A stretch of 33,981 nt of DNA from a virus. Lineage: Duplodnaviria; Heunggongvirae; Uroviricota; Caudoviricetes. The notes below the pieces were generated by a model. It was not told where the DNA came from and searched no databases. It saw nothing but the letters and a program-made list of their open reading frames with translations. Numbering within the stretch: the first letter of the stretch is position 1; the number at the start of each line of letters is the position of its first letter. Below, in pieces: positions 26,879 through 33,981 of the stretch. The stretch lies in IMG/VR virus record IMGVR_UViG_2563366983_000010. One strand, given 5' to 3'. The position numbers were made by a program, and so were the translations under genes.

Positions 26879-26904
26879 AAAAAAAGCCGGATTTACCGGC
26901 TTCA
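26879..26904 (-). terminator. Intrinsic-terminator-like hairpin plus U-run; copy 2 of the duplicated element
   Basis: Identical 26 bp to 19313-19338; lies 20 nt after the stop of the 159-aa secreted-protein gene and 55 nt before the endolysin ATG. Confidence 0.55.
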
Positions 26905-26923
26905 TTGAATTAAGGGAAGATAA

Positions 26924-27403
26924 CTACTCATCTCCTTTGATGGAGCAATCTATTACCATATCGTTACCCATCTTGAGAAATTTGGTTTGCATGAGAAAAC
27001 CCTGTATCACGTCAGTTAACCCATACCCTTCAACTTTTGTAGCTGAAACTACCATGTCAATAATTCGTTTCTGCTGCTTCTCTGTTAGTTCACCAATTGC
27101 TGACTCTGCAACCCGCGAGCATGCTACAAAGGAAGACAACACACCTGAAGGATTGTTTTCAAAATCCTTTACAGTCGTCCTTGAGCTGACGACTTTATTA
27201 TTGATCGTAAATACCCCGAATTTGCTGTGAGCAGTTTCAGTTCCACCGTTCTTAATAGAATCGCCTCCCTTAAGAGGCATCCAGCTATTTAGTGCAATGA
27301 AATCTTTTTCTGTCAGACGTTTTTTGATGACATCTTCAGCTGGCAACTTTGCCGCATTAGCGCAAAATACGCTCAGTAAAAGTATAAGAGGAAAGTATTT
27401 CAT
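26924..27403 (-). CDS. Secreted/periplasmic protein with cleavable signal peptide, unknown function (159 aa)
   Basis: N-terminus MKYFPLILLLSVFCANA-AKLP is a classic Sec signal peptide. ATG overlaps the stop of the Mor-family gene (ATGA); AT-rich relative to neighbours; followed by the terminator hairpin. Confidence 0.6.
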   Translation of the reverse strand: MKYFPLILLLSVFCANAAKLPAEDVIKKRLTEKDFIALNSWMPLKGGDSIKNGGTETAHSKFGVFTINNKVVSSRTTVKDFENNPSGVLSSFVACSRVAESAIGELTEKQQKRIIDMVVSATKVEGYGLTDVIQGFLMQTKFLKMGNDMVIDCSIKGDE

Positions 27404-27810
27404 GACTCATCCTTAAACAGTTGCATTTGATATTTTCCACGCTCCAGCCTTCGCATTCTTTTGATAGCTTGATATACCGTTTTGTATGTCACTTTGTAAC
27501 GCTGCACCAGTTCCGCTACGTTTTTCCCATCAAAATCACGCCAGATGCGCATGTCTCTGATAAGATTTTCCAGTATTTTCCCTTTAGGAACATATACCTG
27601 AATCCCACCGATATGATTACAAATCGCCACTACCAACTCAAGGGAATAGACCGGGTTAACCCCAAGCCTTATCAGTTCCTGTCGCAACAGAGCATTCAGC
27701 TCTGAAAGTAGCGCCGGATAAACATATTTTTCCTGATAATCGTGAAGATATTCCAGAACGGTGTCGTCCCGGAAGTCTTCGAATAAATCCTGCTCTTTCA
27801 TCTGTTTCAT
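27400..27810 (-). CDS. mor: Mor/C-family transcription activator (middle/late gene activator)
   Basis: 136 aa with C-terminal helix-turn-helix (NVAELVQRYKVTYKTVYQAIKRMRRL); ATGA-coupled to gemA as mor is in Mu. Whether it acts as Mor, C, or both cannot be decided from sequence. Confidence 0.7.
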   Translation of the reverse strand: MKQMKEQDLFEDFRDDTVLEYLHDYQEKYVYPALLSELNALLRQELIRLGVNPVYSLELVVAICNHIGGIQVYVPKGKILENLIRDMRIWRDFDGKNVAELVQRYKVTYKTVYQAIKRMRRLERGKYQMQLFKDES

Positions 27811-28358
27811 ACAGCAATTCTCCCGCTGTTTCGTGCGCGGGCATACGCACTGGTCAGTGCATCATAGCCGCGCAGCTCCCGACCGGTTTCGCTCACAGGT
27901 AAAGGCACACCATGTCGGGCAAAGGCTTCACGGATGCAGCGCATATGCCACTGTTTGAGCGTTTCGAGCACAACCTGCAACGATTCCCCGTGACACCAGG
28001 CCAGTGTGGAAACCCCCTGACCGCCATTACGTCTGGCCGTCAGGCGCTCAACGTATTTGTCCAGCGCGGCGTCGCTGATATCGGAAACGAAACCATCAAG
28101 GAACATCTGCTGCCAGATTTTGTAAATCTTCTCGCGTGGTGTGACATGCCCCTTAAAGCGACGGCGGGGATGTTTTTTCTGCTTCTTAAAACCGCGCTTT
28201 TTCATGGCATCGAGCACTTGTTCCAGTTGTGCAACGGACAGCTCGCGGCAACTGGTTTTGCCCGTGCACTGCACCAGAAAAGCTCGGTAAGTGTCATCGT
28301 CGAGTTGCAACTCCCGACGGGCAACATGAATTAATTTAATCAGGGATGTGCGGCTCAT
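27807..28358 (-). CDS. gemA: GemA-like early protein (Mu gp16 family)
   Basis: Start at Met16 of ORF 27807..28403 (MSRTSLIKLIHVARRELQLDDDTYRAF), AAGGAG RBS; sits directly upstream of the Mor-family gene. Confidence 0.65.
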   Translation of the reverse strand: MSRTSLIKLIHVARRELQLDDDTYRAFLVQCTGKTSCRELSVAQLEQVLDAMKKRGFKKQKKHPRRRFKGHVTPREKIYKIWQQMFLDGFVSDISDAALDKYVERLTARRNGGQGVSTLAWCHGESLQVVLETLKQWHMRCIREAFARHGVPLPVSETGRELRGYDALTSAYARARNSGRIAV

Positions 28359-28725
28359 TATGTCCCATCTCCTTAATGCAGTGTTTTTCGACCCATGCCA
28401 CACGAGCAGAATTCAGGTGACATCTGCCAAGTCTGCATTCCTCATGATAGTGCGCTCTACTTTCATTGAAAGGTAATAATTCATCCAACTCGTTCGCGAT
28501 AAAATCTGCACGTAATTGTTCTAATATATCTTCGGTATCCACTCCGATTTCGTCAAAATAACGACAAGCATTTGCACATAATCCTGAATATTGAACAAAT
28601 ATTTCACCCTCTGTTTCTGGTGCACCATTTTTTAACCACTGGTTATAGGCAACATAAAAATCATAAAGATGTTTTCTGGTGCTGGCGGATGTGGATTTAA
28701 TTTCATTTTTCTCTGCGTTATTCAT
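28336..28725 (-). CDS. Hypothetical early protein, Cys/His-rich C-terminus (129 aa)
   Basis: Start at Met12 of ORF 28336..28758 with AAGAGG RBS at 9-nt spacing; C-terminal HYHEECRLGRCH...HC could bind metal. Confidence 0.45.
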   Translation of the reverse strand: MNNAEKNEIKSTSASTRKHLYDFYVAYNQWLKNGAPETEGEIFVQYSGLCANACRYFDEIGVDTEDILEQLRADFIANELDELLPFNESRAHYHEECRLGRCHLNSARVAWVEKHCIKEMGHNEPHIPD

Positions 28726-28900
28726 TTCGTAATACCTCTTCGCAATAAAAGATTTCACTGGGATAATGTTTTTGTATGCGCTCCATCACCTGCATACAGG
28801 CCTGCTCTGTGGGCCAGATTTTTTCCGTTACCGGGATGGCATCGCAGGCATCATTCCCGCAGGTGCCAACCAGCAGGACAAAGCCAATTGACTTAACCAT
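28718..28900 (-). CDS. Small Cys-rich protein with hydrophobic N-terminus (60 aa)
   Basis: Start at Met23 of ORF 28718..28966 (MVKSIGFVLLVGTCGNDACD...); possible signal or lipoprotein-like leader; six Cys. Confidence 0.35.
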   Translation of the reverse strand: MVKSIGFVLLVGTCGNDACDAIPVTEKIWPTEQACMQVMERIQKHYPSEIFYCEEVLRNE

Positions 28901-29432
28901 GCTCGCTGACTTCCTGTGTTGTCGCCGGAACCGGTGAATAATCAAGAATGAGATAACGCACCACATGGTCGGTGATATTCCAGCCGCTTAAACTGCAAAT
29001 AAAACGCCCCAGCCGTAAATCGATATGCGCCATCGCAAAACGAGGCATTCCCTGTTTGCACATCTCGTCATCCACTTCTGCAACGATGTGAACCGACTCG
29101 CAGGTCAGTACGCCTGTCGCAAATTCTTTTGCCAGTGCCGGAATGGCGTTGCTTTCCAGCCAGGGCAACGAACGACGGAACGTGCACCATTTAGCATCAT
29201 CAACAGCGGGTTGCTCCGTTGCGTTTCGTCTTACTGGCGGCGTCTGACGAGGGCGCGGAACGTCATAAAATCCGTTGCTTTCAGTGAGAACTCCGGCATC
29301 AACCGCATCACGCAGGAAATACACCATTGAGGAAGGTGGCATATTCATTTTTTCAGCCAGAACGCCACAGGTCAGACGCCCGTAAGCCCGTAATAATGTG
29401 CTGACACCGTTCAGAACTTTTGCATCAACCAT
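28893..29432 (-). CDS. Hypothetical early protein with N-terminal winged-helix-like region (179 aa)
   Basis: ATG at 29430-29432 with AAGGA RBS; N-terminal TLLRAYGRLTCGVLAEKMNMPPSSMVYFLRDAVDAGVL resembles a wHTH. Confidence 0.5.
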   Translation of the reverse strand: MVDAKVLNGVSTLLRAYGRLTCGVLAEKMNMPPSSMVYFLRDAVDAGVLTESNGFYDVPRPRQTPPVRRNATEQPAVDDAKWCTFRRSLPWLESNAIPALAKEFATGVLTCESVHIVAEVDDEMCKQGMPRFAMAHIDLRLGRFICSLSGWNITDHVVRYLILDYSPVPATTQEVSEHG

Positions 29433-29530
29433 TTTTTATTCCTTAGTAATCTGTTTCAGGCGCGAGCAATCCCCTGACGCATCGCGCCATAATTAAAAGA
29501 AAGTGAACTAATTAAATATTAATGGTGATA

Positions 29531-30055
29531 TTAAATACCGGCTTCCTGTTCAAACGGAATAATAGAAAAATCTTCAATGCCTGATTTAACTGTAATTCCG
29601 GCAACACCTGCGACCGCTTTCGGTTCCAGTAAAATCGCTTCCTTGTTGATTTCCTGTTTCGTGCGAATAAAGCGTTGCAGGCCAAGACGCTCCAGTGTTT
29701 CCATCACCGCATCCACACCGCGAATATTTACTGATGGTGGGCGCTGACGCCATGACACATCGCCGGTTACCAGATTTGCCGTCTTCACCTTACCGCCGTT
29801 CGTCAGTTCGTCACGGTTCGCTTCACACCATCCCTGAACGCCTTTTGAAAGGGTTTCAATGCTGGTTTTAAGCGGCGTAATCTGTGAGGCGTATTTCTCA
29901 GTAATTTCAGCGATAGCGTCATTCATTTCCGTTTCAAGTCGTGCCGCTTCGCGTTGCAGGTCACCAATCCGGCGAATATCACACATCACTGCATCGCGGG
30001 ACTGTGGAACATAAGCCGCTGCGGCGTTCTTGATTCGTTTTACTGGTCTAGCCAT
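29531..30055 (-). CDS. gam: Gam host-nuclease inhibitor (Ku-like DNA end-binding protein)
   Basis: 174 aa, near-identical over most of its length to Mu Gam as I recall it (e.g. GWCEANRDELTNGGKVKTANLVTGDVSWR, KEAILLEPKAVAGVAGITVKSGIEDFSIIPFEQEAGI). Confidence 0.9.
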   Translation of the reverse strand: MARPVKRIKNAAAAYVPQSRDAVMCDIRRIGDLQREAARLETEMNDAIAEITEKYASQITPLKTSIETLSKGVQGWCEANRDELTNGGKVKTANLVTGDVSWRQRPPSVNIRGVDAVMETLERLGLQRFIRTKQEINKEAILLEPKAVAGVAGITVKSGIEDFSIIPFEQEAGI

Positions 30056-30073
30056 AAATAAAGCTCCTGTTAA

Positions 30074-30364
30074 TTAATATTCGCTGTATACAATGCCGGA
30101 TACAGCACGATTGCTTAATTCCATCTTCTGGGCTATCACATGAATAGCCAGCCCTTCTTTATAAAGTTCACGACACAAATATTTGTCGTGCTCACTGACC
30201 CGGTATGCACACAACGATATTCCGTGCCTTCTGGCATGCGCCTGTAGGGCGGTTGGGGCAACGTTCAGTTTTTTCGCCATTTCTTCAACGGTCAGTTTCC
30301 CGACGTTGGCTTCGATAAATTCCCGGTCTTCGCGTGACCATCTTTTGCGAGGGATTATCATCAT
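30074..30364 (-). CDS. Small early protein with two helix-turn-helix-like segments (96 aa)
   Basis: Start chosen at the tandem ATG (Met26/27) of ORF 30074..30439; start is uncertain. Confidence 0.4.
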   Translation of the reverse strand: MMIIPRKRWSREDREFIEANVGKLTVEEMAKKLNVAPTALQAHARRHGISLCAYRVSEHDKYLCRELYKEGLAIHVIAQKMELSNRAVSGIVYSEY

Positions 30365-30380
30365 GCCTCCTTCCCTGAAA

Positions 30381-30650
30381 TTAATGTTTGGCTGCATCCG
30401 GGTTATACCGGAATAACTCGCCTTCGGCTTCCAGCCCAAGTTCTCTGGCTGACTTCAACAACTCCTGGGTTGCTTTTTCAATAATTTCAGGAGCCATGCT
30501 CTTGATAATGCCTGCCATCACGTCATGCGGTCCGATTTGCTCCTTAGGAGACTGTTCTTCCAGTTGCACACTCATTCCTACAAAGAAACCTCCTTTTTTC
30601 TGAAACTCAACATCTTCCATGCGGTTAAATTCAAAGATTACTTTTGCCAT
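30381..30650 (-). CDS. Hypothetical early protein (89 aa)
   Basis: Start at Met19 of ORF 30381..30704 with GAGGAA RBS. Confidence 0.45.
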   Translation of the reverse strand: MAKVIFEFNRMEDVEFQKKGGFFVGMSVQLEEQSPKEQIGPHDVMAGIIKSMAPEIIEKATQELLKSARELGLEAEGELFRYNPDAAKH

Positions 30651-30682
30651 TTTGTTATTCCTCACAAATAAATAAGCCGTTA

Positions 30683-30910
30683 TTAACGCCAGATAATCTG
30701 GCAACCATTAAGGCGGGCCGTCCATACGGAACGGGCAACCCCTGATTTATGCTCCATAATCCTGACAGCGTTTCTGACCAGCTCCGGTGGCGGGCAGGTA
30801 ATTTCAAGCACCGGGCGGGCCACGCCCAGCCAGGATTCGTTGACGTGGCTGCCGCGCTCCTGTAACCAGGTCTTTACTTCCGTCGCCATTTTGATATTCC
30901 GTGACATCAT
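30683..30910 (-). CDS. Kil-like small early protein
   Basis: 75 aa starting [21 protein letters not shown], first gene after B as kil is in Mu; name assigned by position and size. Confidence 0.5.
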   Translation of the reverse strand: MMSRNIKMATEVKTWLQERGSHVNESWLGVARPVLEITCPPPELVRNAVRIMEHKSGVARSVWTARLNGCQIIWR

Positions 30911-30923
30911 GATTTCGCTCTCC

Positions 30924-31862
30924 TTACGTGCGCAGCAGGGTTGAAATATCAACGTCCAGGTCTAATTCACGGAAAGCCTGACGCAGATAATTTTCATTAA
31001 CACGATCGCCTTTACCGTAGGCTGTCATGGCCGCAAGGCGCAGCGAGTGATTCAGGATACGAAGCGCACCTGGTTTTTGTGCAATCTGTTGTAATAATTC
31101 CCGCTCGTTTTCGCCGGTAATTTGCCAGGCATCCGCAATGGCTTTTACATCGTCAATTTTGGTTTTATTGATTGCCGTCCGTTTGGCAATACGGGAAAAC
31201 AGGCGGGCAAATTCAACCGTTCTGTTACCACCGGTCATGTTTGAATAAACGCGGTGATTCCCCATCAGAACAAGACCAATACGGGCGGACTCCTGTAACA
31301 GGCGGAGTTCTTCCAGAACCTCAGCGCCAAGATGATCAGCTTCGTCGATAATGACCAGCCCCTGCGTACCTTCAAGACGGCGTCTCAAAGCGCGGGAGAG
31401 TGGCCCCTTACGGCGCGGTGCGTCATTCATTCCCAGTTCATAAGCCAGTTCAGTCAGGCATTCCAGAACACTGGCACAGGATGGGGTAATGGTGATCATC
31501 CAGACATTGTTATTGGTGCGACGAAATTCGCGGGCCGCTTCAGTTTTTCCCACTCCTGGATTACCACAGATAACAGAAATACTTTCAGTCAGGCTGGCAA
31601 AACGCATACTTGTCCAGATTTGGCGGACCGTTCTGGTTTCCACAAAACGCGGGGGTTCTGGCAGTTCTGCGGCGCGGTGATAGTTCTCCAGCCAGCGTTC
31701 AAGAGACTGCGCGACACGTTCATTGTCGCCGTTGTACTTGTCATTCACGAATGCGCTTAACGTTCCTGCGGCCACCCCAGACTCGCGGGCGATTTGTGCA
31801 TAAGTTGTTTTTTCATTTTCTACAAGCGTGCGCAGTCCTGCACGAATATCGGAAATATTCAT
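30924..31862 (-). CDS. B: Transposition ATPase / target DNA activator B (MuB, AAA+)
   Basis: 312 aa; [17 protein letters not shown]-terminus with HTH, Walker A (GNPGVGKTE) and Walker B ([10 protein letters not shown]); closely matches Mu B as recalled. Confidence 0.9.
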   Translation of the reverse strand: MNISDIRAGLRTLVENEKTTYAQIARESGVAAGTLSAFVNDKYNGDNERVAQSLERWLENYHRAAELPEPPRFVETRTVRQIWTSMRFASLTESISVICGNPGVGKTEAAREFRRTNNNVWMITITPSCASVLECLTELAYELGMNDAPRRKGPLSRALRRRLEGTQGLVIIDEADHLGAEVLEELRLLQESARIGLVLMGNHRVYSNMTGGNRTVEFARLFSRIAKRTAINKTKIDDVKAIADAWQITGENERELLQQIAQKPGALRILNHSLRLAAMTAYGKGDRVNENYLRQAFRELDLDVDISTLLRT

Positions 31863-31899
31863 CTGATAACCTCGTAATTAAATTTTGTTTAAACGTTAA

Positions 31900-33981
31900 T
31901 TAAATGGCTTTTTTACGTCTGTTCTGTTCCAGAATATCCAGTGAATTATTCAGATATTCGTCGCGGTCGCTTTCATATTCATCGTCCGGTTCATCTGCCA
32001 GCACTGGCACGACTTTCTCCACTGGTCTGTAGACGTTGCTGAACAACCCGTTGCCTGTAACAGGAGCTGGCAGTGTTCGGGTATTCTCTGCCTCGGCCAG
32101 TCTGATTTTTTCCTCTCCGCGCTGACGCATCCCTTTGATACGCTGCTGGCGCTGATGGTATTCCGCAGTGACCGGGAATGCCTGCTGTTTATTGCCATCC
32201 CAGACAGCCTCACAGATATAGGAACCGTCCATGCGGCGGATAATTACTTTTGTTGCATCATGAATATCGTAATTCACCAGCACCTTATTACCGTGCTCAT
32301 ATTCCAGGTCAGTTGAATAATAAATATTATTAAACAGCCTGACTTCACAGCGGTTGACTGTACGTTCAATCTGGGGCATAAACATTTCACGCAGTTCAAG
32401 GTCGGACAACCATTCGATTTCCGTCGCTTCTTTTTCCAGTTTGTAGCGTCGGAACTGCGCCGGGGTGTAATGTTCACCGTTTCCACGTAGTGGTAGCGAA
32501 CTATGCGGACGGTTGTTGTACCATTCCACACCAGCTTCAATAGCAGCAATAAGTTCATTCCATGACGGCAGGTTTTTTAAAGCCTGCCGTTGTTTTTCAG
32601 TCAGCTCCCGTCCTTTGTTTGCCGCATTTGTTGCAGATATCAGAGCCTTTGTCGTCCGGCGAACCGTTCCACGGTCGGCACCGGTGCCATAATACGTGGC
32701 AAACTGGCGTGATATGCGCATAGCCAGAGTACGGTTCAGACGCTCTATAATCCCTCGCCCTTGCGGGTTTTCCGGTATACCAAGACGGTGATCAATTCCA
32801 AGACGCGGTAAGACACCCGTAATATCAGCATCGAACGTGTTATTGGTTTCACCGCCGCCATTATCTGAATAATAGATATACGGTTTGCCGTGATTTTTTA
32901 TTCCGTGGCGTAACGCATCAGCAACAGCAACCACACTTTCAGAAAGTGCCAGACTCCAGCCCACAATAAAGCGGCAACTGCCGTCCATGATAAAGGTGAC
33001 TTCTGGGGAAAATGGATTGCCGTGATCAGGATGTGCCACTTTCATCTTCATGCCGTGACCATCACCAATCCAGGCATAATTTACCGGTAAAGATAACCAG
33101 TCCCGACGCACGAAGCCTTCATACTGCCGGAACTCGCTGCCTGTAACGCGCCCACGTTGTTTCACAACAACCGGGAGTTTGTTCATGGCATAGCAAACCT
33201 GATCATACGACGGCAGTGCTGCACACATCGCAGGATTGTCCTGATGCACTTCATACCATTCCGCAGCAAAATCATCATAAGCCTCTCGTATTCCGCACCC
33301 GTTCGGACGGCGGTAAAAGCGAAGAAACTCTGGTAACCAGCGAATCTGGTCTGGTTTTATGGGCTGACGTTTGCCTGGTGCCAGCATGATCAGACGTTCA
33401 GCCGGAGTGGTTGCTTTTTTAAAATCAGCAATCCAGCGTTTCAGTGATATTTCACTAAGGGAGCGCAAAGAACCTTTTTTCGCGTTCGCAGTTGCAACGG
33501 TTTCCACCAGGTGTGCCGGTAACTCACCGTTTTGAGCCTGTTTCACAAACTCACGGATAGCGGCGGCCTGGCTGATTCCTGGTAGTTCACAAACGCGCAA
33601 AACTTCGCTGACAATCGCAATCCGGGCATCCGCTGTTTCTTTTTGCGTAGCGGTTAACGTTCCGAGTTTCTGCTCAAACAGCGCAGGACATTTGCGGTAA
33701 ACCGCAATTTTGCCGTCTTCACGTTTTTTTAAACGCGGAGATTCAGGTTCTTTTGCCTCAGTTGCTGGCTGATTCATTAACGCCTTAATCTGGCGAGCCT
33801 GTAACGCCTTACGCGCCACATCAGGCAAACAGTCGACATGGAACTCAAAAGCCTTTGTCCCTGCACGCTTACGCATCATTCCTTCTGATTCGCCGCAATA
33901 ACGGCGCAATGCTTCCCGAATTCCTTTAATTGTTTTTGGTAATCCTGGTACACCGACCAGCTCTTTGGCGAGAACAAACAT
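31900..33981 (-). CDS. A: DDE transposase A (MuA family), apparently complete
   Basis: 693 aa. N-terminal GLPKT motif as in MuA domain I; WIGDGHG (DDE Asp region); C-terminal DDEYESDRDEYLNNSLDILEQNRRKKAI matches the MuA C-terminal tail. ATG at 33979-33981 is the last codon of the window. Confidence 0.85.
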   Translation of the reverse strand: MFVLAKELVGVPGLPKTIKGIREALRRYCGESEGMMRKRAGTKAFEFHVDCLPDVARKALQARQIKALMNQPATEAKEPESPRLKKREDGKIAVYRKCPALFEQKLGTLTATQKETADARIAIVSEVLRVCELPGISQAAAIREFVKQAQNGELPAHLVETVATANAKKGSLRSLSEISLKRWIADFKKATTPAERLIMLAPGKRQPIKPDQIRWLPEFLRFYRRPNGCGIREAYDDFAAEWYEVHQDNPAMCAALPSYDQVCYAMNKLPVVVKQRGRVTGSEFRQYEGFVRRDWLSLPVNYAWIGDGHGMKMKVAHPDHGNPFSPEVTFIMDGSCRFIVGWSLALSESVVAVADALRHGIKNHGKPYIYYSDNGGGETNNTFDADITGVLPRLGIDHRLGIPENPQGRGIIERLNRTLAMRISRQFATYYGTGADRGTVRRTTKALISATNAANKGRELTEKQRQALKNLPSWNELIAAIEAGVEWYNNRPHSSLPLRGNGEHYTPAQFRRYKLEKEATEIEWLSDLELREMFMPQIERTVNRCEVRLFNNIYYSTDLEYEHGNKVLVNYDIHDATKVIIRRMDGSYICEAVWDGNKQQAFPVTAEYHQRQQRIKGMRQRGEEKIRLAEAENTRTLPAPVTGNGLFSNVYRPVEKVVPVLADEPDDEYESDRDEYLNNSLDILEQNRRKKAI

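Larger units (their letters stand above)
1920..33981 (-). mobile_element. Mu-like transposable prophage, partial: right end through transposase A; left end, c and ner outside window
   Basis: Collinear Mu-type gene order on the minus strand: A, B, kil-like, gam, gemA, mor-like, lysis, terminase, portal, F, I, T, sheath, tube, tape measure, N, P, baseplate, fibre, com, mom. Right boundary is approximate; the exact terminal nucleotide could not be fixed. Confidence 0.85.

Noticed and set aside
26824-27403. A second Mor/C-family late activator gene C between mor and the lysis genes
   Set aside because: The only ORF in this interval encodes a signal-peptide protein without a helix-turn-helix; no other ORF in the window shows the Mor/C C-terminal HTH pattern.
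1-33981. CRISPR arrays, tRNA or rRNA genes
   Set aside because: No regularly spaced direct repeats with unique spacers and no cloverleaf-like or rRNA-like conserved stretches were seen; the only repeats are the right-end sites, the duplicated 44-bp element and short intergenic repeats.
33979-33981. Possibility that transposase A is truncated at the window edge
   Set aside because: The ORF begins with an ATG at the last three bases and the N-terminus aligns with the MuA start region around the GLPKT motif, so the gene is probably complete; the upstream RBS, ner and c cannot be seen.

Overview
The window holds a complete eptB-like phosphoethanolamine transferase gene (1-1692, minus strand) followed by about 32 kb of a Mu-like transposable prophage in reverse orientation (approx. 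1920 to window end). Reading right to left in phage order: transposase A and B, a kil-like gene, gam, a block of small early accessory genes, gemA, one Mor/C-family activator, a signal-peptide protein, a lysis cassette, terminase/portal/head genes, a contractile tail and baseplate module, a tail-fibre module, com-mom, and right-end repeats. The c/ner/left end lie beyond the window. All assignments rest on reading the supplied ORF translations against remembered family features and on motifs seen directly in the sequence; no database search was run. Most noteworthy: (1) the Mu G-invertible segment and gin are absent, replaced by a short fibre, a Tfa chaperone and a 605-aa protein with a lambda Stf-like N-terminal anchor and an aromatic-rich C-terminal domain (candidate depolymerase); (2) the slot where Mu encodes the late activator C holds a signal-peptide protein translationally coupled to the only Mor/C-family gene found; (3) a 44-bp hairpin-plus-box element is duplicated upstream of the lysis operon and of the protease/capsid operon; (4) the lysis cassette and early accessory genes include several unrecognised proteins. 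No rRNA, tRNA or CRISPR array was recognised.
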